In this document: positions 7,672-16,067 of the stretch, in pieces
Numbering within the stretch: the stretch's first letter is position 1
How the letters are laid out: the number at the start of each line of letters is the position of its first letter
Assembly (NCBI RefSeq): GCF_001457595.1
Contig: NZ_LN831039.1
Location: 1,710,001 to 1,742,000 of the forward strand
Source of the DNA: Mycolicibacterium smegmatis
GTDB taxonomy: Bacteria > Actinomycetota > Actinomycetes > Mycobacteriales > Mycobacteriaceae
DNA length: 32,000 bases
Direction of reading: 5' to 3'
Translations under genes and position numbers: made by a program
Notes under the pieces: generated by a model
Databases searched by the model: none
Told to the model about the DNA's origin: nothing
Seen by the model: only the letters and a program-made list of their open reading frames with translations

Positions 7672-9083
7672 GATATCGGCAGCAGGTTTCGGGAGTCACC
7701 TACACCTTCGACGGTCTCGTCGAGGTGATGGCGAAGGCGACGCCATTGCGGTCCGGTGACCAGCTCGCCGGATGCGCGGCCGAACACGACGGCGAACGCG
7801 CCGCGGCCGCATGGGTACTCGCCGACCTGCCGCTGGATGTTTTCCTCAACGAGGAACTGGTGCCGTACGACACCGACGAAGTGACCCGGCTGATCATGGA
7901 CACCCATGACCGCCAAGCATTTTCGTCGGTGTCGCACCTCACCGTCGGTGGATTCCGCGACTGGCTGCTCGACGTCGCGGCCGAGGACGACAGCGCCGCG
8001 CGGCTGGCCGCCGTCGCACCGGGGCTCACCCCGGAGATGGTGGCGGCGGTCAGCAAGATCATGCGCAACCAGGATCTGATCGCAGTGTCGGCGGCCGCGC
8101 GGGTGACCGCGGCGCTGCGCACCACGGTCGGCATCCCGGGCACCATGGCCACCCGGCTGCAGCCCAACCACCCGACCGACGACCCGCGGGGCATTGCCGC
8201 GGCCGTCCTCGACGGGTTGCTGCTGGGCTGCGGCGACGCCGTCATCGGGATCAACCCGGCCACCGATTCGCCGCAGGCCACCGCGGATCTGCTGTATCTG
8301 CTCGACGGCATCCGCACCCGCTACGACATCCCCGCACAGTCGTGCGTGCTGTCGCACATCACCACCACGATCGGTTTGATCGAGGCCGGCGCCCCCGTCG
8401 ACCTGGTCTTCCAGTCGATCGCGGGCACCGAGGGCGCCAACACGGCGTTCGGCGTCAACCTGCAACTGCTGCGCGAGGGCAACGAGGCCGCGCGCTCACT
8501 GAACCGTGGCACCGTCGGCAACAACGTCATGTACCTGGAGACCGGGCAGGGCTCGGCGCTGAGCTCCGGGGCGCATCTGGGTGTGGGCGGCAAGCCCGTC
8601 GACCAGCAGACCCTCGAAGCCCGCGCCTACGCCGTGGCCCGCGACCTGTCGCCGCTTCTGGTCAACACCGTCGTCGGCTTCATCGGGCCCGAGTACCTCT
8701 ACGACGGCAAGCAGATCATCCGTGCCGGGCTGGAGGACCACTTCTGCGGCAAGCTGCTGGGCCTGCCGATGGGCGTCGACGTCTGCTACACCAACCACGC
8801 CGAGGCCGACCAGAACGACATGGACACCCTGCTGATGCTGCTGGCCGCAGCGGGGGTCGCGTTCGTCATCACCGTGCCCGGTGCCGATGACGTGATGCTC
8901 GGCTACCAGAGCCTGTCGTTCCACGACGTGCTCGTCGCGCGGCGCACCCTCGGCCTGCGTCCCGCACCCGAATTCGAGACGTGGCTGCGCAAGGTCGGCA
9001 TGGTCGACGACGCGGGCCGTCTCACCCCGTTCGACGTGTCGCGTTCCCCGCTGCGCGAGCTGACCGTCGCGGAGGCGTCGTGA
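7668..9083 (+). CDS. eutB: Ethanolamine ammonia-lyase, large subunit
   Basis: GTG start overlaps the permease stop by 4 nt (GTGA); typical segments: SSVSHLTVGGFRDWLLD, DAVIGINPATDSPQATADLLYLLDGIRTRYDIPAQSCVLSHITTTI, DLVFQSIAGTEGANTAFGVNLQLL, VMYLETGQGSALSSGAH, CYTNHAEADQNDMDTLLMLLAAAG. Confidence 0.95.
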   Translation: MRYRQQVSGVTYTFDGLVEVMAKATPLRSGDQLAGCAAEHDGERAAAAWVLADLPLDVFLNEELVPYDTDEVTRLIMDTHDRQAFSSVSHLTVGGFRDWLLDVAAEDDSAARLAAVAPGLTPEMVAAVSKIMRNQDLIAVSAAARVTAALRTTVGIPGTMATRLQPNHPTDDPRGIAAAVLDGLLLGCGDAVIGINPATDSPQATADLLYLLDGIRTRYDIPAQSCVLSHITTTIGLIEAGAPVDLVFQSIAGTEGANTAFGVNLQLLREGNEAARSLNRGTVGNNVMYLETGQGSALSSGAHLGVGGKPVDQQTLEARAYAVARDLSPLLVNTVVGFIGPEYLYDGKQIIRAGLEDHFCGKLLGLPMGVDVCYTNHAEADQNDMDTLLMLLAAAGVAFVITVPGADDVMLGYQSLSFHDVLVARRTLGLRPAPEFETWLRKVGMVDDAGRLTPFDVSRSPLRELTVAEAS

Positions 9084-9856
9084 CCGTGTCGAACGATGTT
9101 GCGGTGCAGCAGTTCTGGGACGAGCTGCGCAAGACCACACAGGCCAGGATCGGCCTTGGCCGCGCGGGCAACTCGCTGCCCACCCAGCAGGTGCTCGAGC
9201 TCGCCGCGGCCCATGCCGCCGCGCGCGACGCCGTCCACGTGCCGCTCGACGTCGAGGCGCTGGCAGCGCAGGTGCGTGAGGTCGGCATCGGTGAGCCGAT
9301 CGTGGTGACCAGCCGCGCCACCTCACGCGACGAATATCTGCGCCGGCCGGATCTGGGCCGCCAACCCGCCGAGGGCACGGAGGTCCCCGAGTCGGGCGCC
9401 GACATCGGATTCGTCCTCGCCGACGGGTTGTCGCCCATGGGGCTCAACCACCATGGCGCGGCGCTGCTCAAGGCCTTGGTGGAACGGCTGAAGGACCGCC
9501 ACACACTGGCACCGCCGATCATCGCCACGCAGGCCCGCGTCGGCCTGGGCGATCACATCGGCGCGCAGGCCCGCGTCCGCACGCTTCTGGTGATCATCGG
9601 GGAGCGGCCCGGGCTCAGCGTCGCCGACAGTCTCGGCATCTATCTGACCCATCTGCCGCAGCCTGGCCGCACCGACGCCGACCGCAACTGCATCTCCAAC
9701 ATCCACCCACCCGACGGCCTGGGATACGCCGAGGCCGCCCGCGTCGCATCGACCCTGGTCGACGGCGCCGTCGCGCTCGGGCGCTCGGGCGTCGACCTCA
9801 AGGACACCTCCCGCGACGCCGCCCTCGGCCCGCTCAGCCCACACGAACTCGCTTAG
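9080..9856 (+). CDS. eutC: Ethanolamine ammonia-lyase, small subunit
   Basis: GTG start overlaps the eutB stop by 4 nt; DELRKTTQARIGLGRAGNSLPT, VVTSRATSRDEYLRRPDLGR, FVLADGLSPMGLNHHGAALL, VIIGERPGLSVADSLGIYLT, DADRNCISNIHPPDGLGYAEAA. Confidence 0.95.
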   Translation: MTVSNDVAVQQFWDELRKTTQARIGLGRAGNSLPTQQVLELAAAHAAARDAVHVPLDVEALAAQVREVGIGEPIVVTSRATSRDEYLRRPDLGRQPAEGTEVPESGADIGFVLADGLSPMGLNHHGAALLKALVERLKDRHTLAPPIIATQARVGLGDHIGAQARVRTLLVIIGERPGLSVADSLGIYLTHLPQPGRTDADRNCISNIHPPDGLGYAEAARVASTLVDGAVALGRSGVDLKDTSRDAALGPLSPHELA

Positions 9857-9870
9857 CCTCAGCGTCGAGC

Positions 9871-9917
9871 GTTGGCTTGTGTGCCACATTTCCCGAAAAT
9901 CTCGCACACAAGCCAAC
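9871..9917. repeat. Palindromic repeat, copy A
   Basis: Perfect 13-bp arms GTTGGCTTGTGTG (9871-9883) / CACACAAGCCAAC (9905-9917) with a 21-nt spacer. Confidence 0.85.
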
Positions 9918-9930
9918 TTTCGCCAGTGCG

Positions 9931-10782
9931 TCAGTAGTAGGGAGCGCCCGCGGCATGCAACGCGTCGCGGGTGCGGGCGACGACCGTGCCCTGGCGGTAC
10001 CGCAGCAGGTCGGCGCCGACGTGCACCATGCGCCATCCGAGGCCCTCGTACTCGGCGTTCTGCTCGATGTCCCGCGTGCGTTGTGTCGGATCGGTCCAGT
10101 GCTGGATGCCGTCGTACTGCACACCCACCTTCCACTCGGGCCAGCCCATGTCGATACGGCCCACGCGATGACCGTGGTCGAACACCTCGATCTGGGTGTG
10201 CGACGGACGCATCCCGGCCGAGGTGAGAAGCAGGCGCAGTCTTGTCTCCTGCGGTGACTCGGCACCGTCGTCGGCGAGATCGAGGACCTGCCTCAGCTGC
10301 GCCAGCCCACGAACGCCGTGGTGGCGATCGACCAGCGGCCACACATCGGGAATCTTCAGGCGCGTCGCCTGGATCAGGGCGTCGACCCGGATCACGGCAG
10401 GGGTCAGCCCGCGTCGGCGGCCCAGATCGAATGCGGTCCGCTCCGGCGTGGTGGCGCGGATGCCCCTGAGTTGGCAGACCTCGTCATCGGCGAGGGTGTC
10501 GCTGTGGATCGTGATGCCGGACGGATGTGAGCGGCTCGGCTGGTTGAGTTCGGCGGGATGACCGGCGTCGATCCACCGTGAACCGTGCAGGGCCGACGCG
10601 GACAACCCCATCACCGTCGAGCGCCGGCCCGACCACAGCCACGCCGCCACGGCCTTGTCCACGGGTGTCAGCGTGGTGCCGCGCGGCACGTAGACATTGC
10701 GGAACACCGCGTCGTACCTGGTGCGTAGTTGGTAGCGGTTGACTCTGCCGGCAGCCAGCGCCTCGGTGCCCAGAAACGGCAT
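9931..10782 (-). CDS. AbiEi-like N-terminal region plus DUF559-like (Vsr/PD-(D/E)XK-related) domain protein
   Basis: 283 aa; N-terminal YDAVFRNVYVPRG...SASALHGSRW; C-terminal SPQETRLRLLLTSAGMRPSHTQIEVFDHGHRVGRIDMGWPEWKVGVQYDGIQHWTD..RTRDIEQNAEYEGLGWRMVHVGADLL resembles DUF559. Confidence 0.6.
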   Translation of the reverse strand: MPFLGTEALAAGRVNRYQLRTRYDAVFRNVYVPRGTTLTPVDKAVAAWLWSGRRSTVMGLSASALHGSRWIDAGHPAELNQPSRSHPSGITIHSDTLADDEVCQLRGIRATTPERTAFDLGRRRGLTPAVIRVDALIQATRLKIPDVWPLVDRHHGVRGLAQLRQVLDLADDGAESPQETRLRLLLTSAGMRPSHTQIEVFDHGHRVGRIDMGWPEWKVGVQYDGIQHWTDPTQRTRDIEQNAEYEGLGWRMVHVGADLLRYRQGTVVARTRDALHAAGAPYY

Positions 10783-10826
10783 ATGAATAGGACGCGGCGC
10801 GGTGCGTACCGGTTCCGTCTATGGCG

Positions 10827-10879
10827 AGCGTTGGCTTGTGTGCGAGATTTGTCGAAGAATTCGCACACAAGCCGACGCT
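10827..10879. repeat. Palindromic repeat, copy B
   Basis: 19-nt arms AGCGTTGGCTTGTGTGCGA (10827-10845) / TCGCACACAAGCCGACGCT (10861-10879), one G.T mismatch; about 39/47 core positions match copy A at 9871-9917. Confidence 0.85.
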
Positions 10880-10897
10880 GGACGGTCGGAGGGCGTT

Positions 10898-10927
10898 TTG
10901 ACCTGCGCCGACACTGCCCGGTAAGCT
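10898..10927 (+). promoter_or_regulatory. Candidate promoter for rplM-rpsI
   Basis: TTGACC (10898-10903), 18-nt spacer, TAAGCT (10922-10927), about 130 nt upstream of rplM. Confidence 0.35.
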
Positions 10928-11056
10928 GCTCCGTTGGTGTGTGCTGCCCTCGCGGGGGCGAGCGGTTCCGGGTCAATGTCGGTCGCCGGGACTACAAGTG
11001 CGCACGCCTGACCGGCACCAAACCCGGGGAAACCCGAAACGAGAAGGGTAAGCACT

Positions 11057-11496
11057 GTGCCTACTTACACGCCGAAGGCGGGTGACACCACGCGTTCGTG
11101 GTACGTCATCGACGCCAGCGACGTGGTGCTCGGCCGGCTCGCCTCCGCAGCGGCAACGCTGCTGCGTGGCAAGCACAAGCCGACATTCACGCCCAACGTT
11201 GACGGTGGCGACTTCGTCATCGTGATCAACGCCGACAAGATCGCCGTCAGCGGCGACAAGCTCACCAAGAAGTTCGCTTACCGCCACTCGGGTTACCCGG
11301 GCGGCCTCCGCAAGCGCACCATCGGTGAGCTGCTGGAGAAGCACCCGGCCCGCGTCGTCGAGAACGCGATCATCGGCATGCTTCCGCACAACAAGCTCGG
11401 CCGTCAGATCCAGAAGAAGCTGAAGGTGTACGCGGGTCCCGATCATCCGCACGCCGCGCAGCAGCCGATTCCGTTCGAGATCAAGCAGGTGGCCCA

Positions 11497-11500
<4 letters not shown>
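11057..11500 (+). CDS. rplM: 50S ribosomal protein L13
   Basis: GTG start; [59 protein letters not shown]...; followed by rpsI. Confidence 0.97.
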
Positions 11501-11949
<449 letters not shown>

Positions 11950-11963
11950 TCTGTCGCCTTCAG

Positions 11964-12002
11964 CCGCCGAGCGTGGAATTTTTCCGCGCTCGGCGGTTTT
12001 TT
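11964..12002 (+). terminator. Rho-independent-type terminator after rpsI
   Basis: CCGCCGAGCG (11964-11973) pairs perfectly with CGCTCGGCGG (11987-11996), followed by TTTTTT. Confidence 0.85.
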
Positions 12003-12241
12003 ATGCGTCTGTTGCGCGCACGCACAGTAATTCTTTGCGAATTCAGCCAGTCAGGCGTCTGTACTGATCAAACGGCTCCATTCCTTTTCCTGTTCTGCCC
12101 CAGGCAAATCGGTTCCGGTGAACTCCACGTGCCCGATTTCGTGATCGGGGTTTGACATCGCGGCGGAAGGTCAAAACCCTGGAGTCGAAGCGGGGGCGCT
12201 CGAACGTGCCCGGGCGGAATCGAAACCGCCGTCGGTACGAG

Positions 12242-12282
12242 TCAGTCAGCTCGTTGGGGGACCGAACCGCTTTCCTGACTGA
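12242..12282 (+). promoter_or_regulatory. Possible mRNA stem adjacent to the ribosome-binding site
   Basis: TCAGTCAG (12242-12249) is the exact reverse complement of CTGACTGA (12275-12282), immediately before AAGGAG (12285-12290) and ATG 12297. Confidence 0.35.
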
Positions 12283-12296
12283 AAAAGGAGTAGTTG

Positions 12297-12773
12297 ATGA
12301 AGAGCACTGTGAAGCGAATGACGGTCGGCGCGGCCCTGGGCGGGGCGCTGTTCCTGTCCGCGGGAATGGGCATCGCCAACGCTCAACCACGCGATGGTCA
12401 GGTCGACCTCGCACTGGGCACCGCAGGTGTCCTCGAAGACGTGCCCATCGGCGCGGCATCCCAGGTTGCCGCGGGTGTGTGCGACGGCGACATCGGCCAG
12501 ATCACGACGCTCGCCGAGACCGTCGATGCCAATGGCGCTCAGACCAACGTCTGCAACAACACCATCGGCGCAGTCGAGTTCCGCCAGAACGACGGCGCAC
12601 CGGCATCCGCGGAAGAGCCGCAGTCCAACCAGCAGGGCACCCAGGAATCGACCGAAGGGTCGGCCGAGGAGTCCACGGACGGCGCCTCCGCTGAGGGCAC
12701 CGGCCCGTCCGAGGACACCGGCAGCAGCACGGCGCCGACCACCACGACCACCGAAGAGGAGAGCGGCAGCTAG
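12297..12773 (+). CDS. Small secreted protein of unknown function with acidic Ser/Thr/Glu-rich tail
   Basis: AAGGAG + ATG; N-terminal signal peptide MKSTVKRMTVGAALGGALFLSAGMGIANAQ; two Cys (GVCDGD, TNVCNN); low-complexity C-terminus EESTDGASAEGTGPSEDTGSSTAPTTTTTEEESGS. Confidence 0.75.
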   Translation: MKSTVKRMTVGAALGGALFLSAGMGIANAQPRDGQVDLALGTAGVLEDVPIGAASQVAAGVCDGDIGQITTLAETVDANGAQTNVCNNTIGAVEFRQNDGAPASAEEPQSNQQGTQESTEGSAEESTDGASAEGTGPSEDTGSSTAPTTTTTEEESGS

Positions 12774-12795
12774 TCACCGCTGATCCGAACCAGGG

Positions 12796-12833
12796 GAGCG
12801 CCGCCCGCAGCCAGCGGGCGGTGCTCTCGTTTT
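12796..12833 (+). terminator. Terminator-like hairpin after the small secreted protein gene
   Basis: GAGCGCCGCCCGC (12796-12808) / GCGGGCGGTGCTC (12814-12826), one G.T pair, followed by TCGTTTT. Confidence 0.65.
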
Positions 12834-12924
12834 GCGGGTCTCGACCGGATACCGGTTCATCGCGACACAACCTGTGACCTCGATGGTTGTGTTTCGCGGG
12901 GGTAATTATGAGAAGTTTGTCAAC

Positions 12925-14286
12925 ATGGCTCGACTGTTCGGCACCGATGGCGTGCGCGGTGTCGCCAACCGCGACCTGACCGCTGAACTGGCACTGGCCC
13001 TCGGCTCGGCGGCGGCGCGGCGCCTCAGCACCATCACCACTGCCACCGCCACCGACTCGGCCGAACGTGCCCGCCGCGTGGCCGTCGTGGGACGCGATCC
13101 CCGCGCCAGCGGCGAGATGCTGGAGGCCGCCGTGATCGCTGGCCTGACCAGCGAAGGTGTCGACGCCCTTCGGGTCGGTGTGTTGCCCACCCCGGCGGTC
13201 GCCTACCTGACGAGCGCCTACGACGCCGACTTCGGCGTGATGATCTCGGCGTCGCACAACCCGATGCCCGACAACGGCATCAAGATCTTCGGCCCCGGCG
13301 GCCACAAACTCGACGACGCCACCGAGGACCGCATCGAGGAACTCGTCCACGCGGGTGCCGTGGCCCGGCCCACCGGTACGGGCATCGGCCGTGTGCTGGA
13401 CGCCGAGGACGCGCTGGACCGGTACCTGCGCCACGCCGGCAAGGCCGTCACGACGCGCCTCGACGGCCTGACCGTCGTCGTCGACTGCGCGCACGGTGCC
13501 GCGTGGGCTGCCGCGCCGCGGGCCTACCGTGCCGCCGGTGCCAACGTCATCGCGATCAACGCCGAACCGACCGGCCTGAACATCAACGACAACTGCGGAT
13601 CCACCCACATGGATGTGGTGCGGGCCGCGGTCGTCGAACACGGCGCCGATCTGGGGCTGGCCCATGACGGCGACGCCGACCGCTGCCTGGCCGTCGACGC
13701 GACCGGCCATGTGGTCGACGGCGACGCGATCATGGTGATCCTGGCCCTGGCCATGCAGGAGGCCGGTGAGCTGGCCGCCAATACGCTGGTCGCGACCGTG
13801 ATGAGCAATCTCGGCCTGCACCTCGCGATGCGCGCGGCCGGGATCGACGTCCGCACCACGAGCGTCGGCGACCGGTATGTGCTCGAGGAACTGCGGTCCG
13901 GTGAGTTCTCGCTGGGCGGTGAGCAGTCCGGCCACATCGTGATGCCGAGCTTCGGCACCACCGGCGACGGCATCGTCACGGGCCTGCGCCTGATGTCGCG
14001 CATGGCCCAGACCGGGTCGTCGCTCGCCGAACTCGCCGACGCCATGCATTCGCTGCCGCAGGTGCTGATCAACGTCGCGGTCGCCGACAAGACCACGGTT
14101 GCGCAGGCACCGTCGGTGCGGTCGGCCGTGGCCGCCGCCGAGGCCGAACTGGGTGACACCGGACGGATCCTGTTGCGCCCGTCCGGAACCGAGCAGGTGG
14201 TGCGGGTCATGGTCGAGGCCGCCGACGAGGACACCGCACGCCAGGTCGCGGCGCGGGTCGCCGAATCCGTGAGTCTGCAGGGATAG
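12925..14286 (+). CDS. glmM: Phosphoglucosamine mutase
   Basis: [27 protein letters not shown]...[27 protein letters not shown]...[16 protein letters not shown]...[16 protein letters not shown]; 453 aa. Confidence 0.96.
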   Translation: MARLFGTDGVRGVANRDLTAELALALGSAAARRLSTITTATATDSAERARRVAVVGRDPRASGEMLEAAVIAGLTSEGVDALRVGVLPTPAVAYLTSAYDADFGVMISASHNPMPDNGIKIFGPGGHKLDDATEDRIEELVHAGAVARPTGTGIGRVLDAEDALDRYLRHAGKAVTTRLDGLTVVVDCAHGAAWAAAPRAYRAAGANVIAINAEPTGLNINDNCGSTHMDVVRAAVVEHGADLGLAHDGDADRCLAVDATGHVVDGDAIMVILALAMQEAGELAANTLVATVMSNLGLHLAMRAAGIDVRTTSVGDRYVLEELRSGEFSLGGEQSGHIVMPSFGTTGDGIVTGLRLMSRMAQTGSSLAELADAMHSLPQVLINVAVADKTTVAQAPSVRSAVAAAEAELGDTGRILLRPSGTEQVVRVMVEAADEDTARQVAARVAESVSLQG

Positions 14287-14333
14287 TCGCCGAACAGGGA
14301 ACCGGACCGGCACCCGGTGCGTCTAAACGGTGC

Positions 14334-14642
14334 ATGGGAGAGTTCGATCGGGCCAGCGTGGATGCCGACGCGCTGCGTGCGGCAGCACACGGCTACGACA
14401 CCGTCGCCGAAACCATCGATACCGTCATCCGGACGACGCTGGGCCGACCGGTCTTCGACGGCGCGTCCGCCGGGCGCCGCCATGTCGCGCACGGCAACGC
14501 CGTCCGCGGCGCGCTCGACGACCTGACCGGCGCGATGCGGCAGTGGGCGACCGCCGCCGACGAGATCGCCCACCTCTTACGAACCTCGGCTGGCCGTTAC
14601 GCTGTCGCCGACGCTCACGCGGCGTCCCGGGTGGGTGGCTAG
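14334..14642 (+). CDS. EspC/DUF2580-like small protein (type VII secretion-associated family, similar in position and size to Rv3440c)
   Basis: About 102 aa helical protein with ASVDADALRAAAHGYDTVAETID; immediately downstream of glmM and translationally adjacent to the next gene. Confidence 0.55.
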   Translation: MGEFDRASVDADALRAAAHGYDTVAETIDTVIRTTLGRPVFDGASAGRRHVAHGNAVRGALDDLTGAMRQWATAADEIAHLLRTSAGRYAVADAHAASRVGG

Positions 14643-16067
14643 GTGCCCGAATCCTTCGACGCGGCAACGATCCTCGCACCCGGTCGCGAAATCCTCGACA
14701 TCTTCACCGAGTACGTGACGGCATGCCGCATACTCGGCCACCACCACCATGACCTGACGCGGTTGCACGAGTGGTACGACACCGAGGACGGTCTGGACCT
14801 GCGGGCGATCGAGGGCGACCAGCGCGCACTGAGAGCGGCCGCGCAGGCGGCTGAGCAGGCACTGAGCCTGCAGGACAAGCAGTTACGTCTCGTCGACGAC
14901 GGCTGGCAGGGGGGTGCCGCGCTGGCCGCGCGCGAGCACCTGGCCCGCCATCAGACCGCTGCAGGGCACACCGTCACCGCGCTGCACACGGCGGCTGTGA
15001 CACTGAACCGGTTGCGGGACAGCCTGTGTGAGGCCTTGACGCGTAAGGTCACCGCGACCGTGCAGATCGAAGGGCGACGCGGAGCGCAACGTGCCGAGTG
15101 GTTGGCCGCCGCGCGCACCGTGACCGCGGGCATGGCGGGGGATCGCTCCGCGGCCAGTGAGTTGATCGATCAGGAGGTCCGACCGTTCGTCGCCGACGAC
15201 ATCGCCGGCGACTGGATAGCGGCCATGCGGTCGGCGACGGATGCGGTGGCCGACGCCTACGCCGACGCGGTGGCCGCGCTGCGTGCGGGTCCGATACCCG
15301 TGTTCGGCCCGGCCCTGCGGCTCGATGCGGTGAGAATCGGTGCGACGCCGGCTCACGAACCACGGCCTGCGTTCGAGCGGACGATTCCTGCCGGACACTC
15401 GGCCGCCGAGATCTCCTGGCCGACAGCACCACCCGCTGCACCGCCGGTGCTCGCAGCGCCTGCACCGCCGAGCGTCGAGGTCGCACGGCCTGCTGAGGTG
15501 AGCGCCGAGGTCGCACCGCCTGCCGAGGTGACACCGCCCGCCGCGGCTGGTCAATCCACGGCACTGCCAGGGATGGGAGGTGTCGCCGACCCGGGACTGG
15601 GCGGCGTGGGTTCCGGGCTGAGTTCGGGTGTCGGCTCCGGGCTCGCGGGTGCCGGGCAGCAACTGGCCGACTTGTTCGGCGGGCTGATCGGCTCGGCGGC
15701 TGAAGGACTCCCGGAGGCCGACGTGCTCGATGGGGCGCCTGCCGACGGACTGGACGACCTCGACGACCCTGAAGAGCCCGAAGAACTCAGCGATCCCGAA
15801 GAAGAGGAGACCGCTGAGGAGGAACCTGCCGACGAGGAACCTGCCGACGAGAGCATCGACGAGGCCACAGGCGAGGCCACGGGCGAGCCGGCAGAAGCCG
15901 CCGAGATCGAAGAGGAACCCGTCGACGCCCCGGAAATCGTTGAGCCACAGAAAGAGCCACCTGAACCGGTCGCGCCGCCGTCTCCGATCACGGAACCACT
16001 GGCGCAGCCCGAAGGCGAGACGCCATGTGAGATCGCCGCCGACGAGCTACCACAGGTGGGGTCTTAG
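14643..16067 (+). CDS. Hypothetical protein with helical N-terminus and Pro/Glu-rich low-complexity C-terminus (Rv3439c-like by synteny)
   Basis: GTG start directly after the previous TAG; 474 aa; C-terminal half rich in EEPADEEPADES / ATGEATGEPAE / PEPVAPP. Confidence 0.6.
   Translation: MPESFDAATILAPGREILDIFTEYVTACRILGHHHHDLTRLHEWYDTEDGLDLRAIEGDQRALRAAAQAAEQALSLQDKQLRLVDDGWQGGAALAAREHLARHQTAAGHTVTALHTAAVTLNRLRDSLCEALTRKVTATVQIEGRRGAQRAEWLAAARTVTAGMAGDRSAASELIDQEVRPFVADDIAGDWIAAMRSATDAVADAYADAVAALRAGPIPVFGPALRLDAVRIGATPAHEPRPAFERTIPAGHSAAEISWPTAPPAAPPVLAAPAPPSVEVARPAEVSAEVAPPAEVTPPAAAGQSTALPGMGGVADPGLGGVGSGLSSGVGSGLAGAGQQLADLFGGLIGSAAEGLPEADVLDGAPADGLDDLDDPEEPEELSDPEEEETAEEEPADEEPADESIDEATGEATGEPAEAAEIEEEPVDAPEIVEPQKEPPEPVAPPSPITEPLAQPEGETPCEIAADELPQVGS
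15819..15848 (+). repeat. Short in-frame tandem repeat, 2 x 15 nt
   Basis: gaggaacctgccgac repeated exactly twice (EEPAD EEPAD). Confidence 0.85.

Noticed and set aside
9931-10782. Complete AbiE-type toxin-antitoxin or phage-defense system
   Set aside because: Only one gene is present; neighbours are eutC and rplM, with no AbiEii-like toxin or other defense genes.
12502-14313. 603-aa minus-strand ORF opposite glmM
   Set aside because: Spurious mirror ORF; GlmM on the plus strand is complete with catalytic motif.
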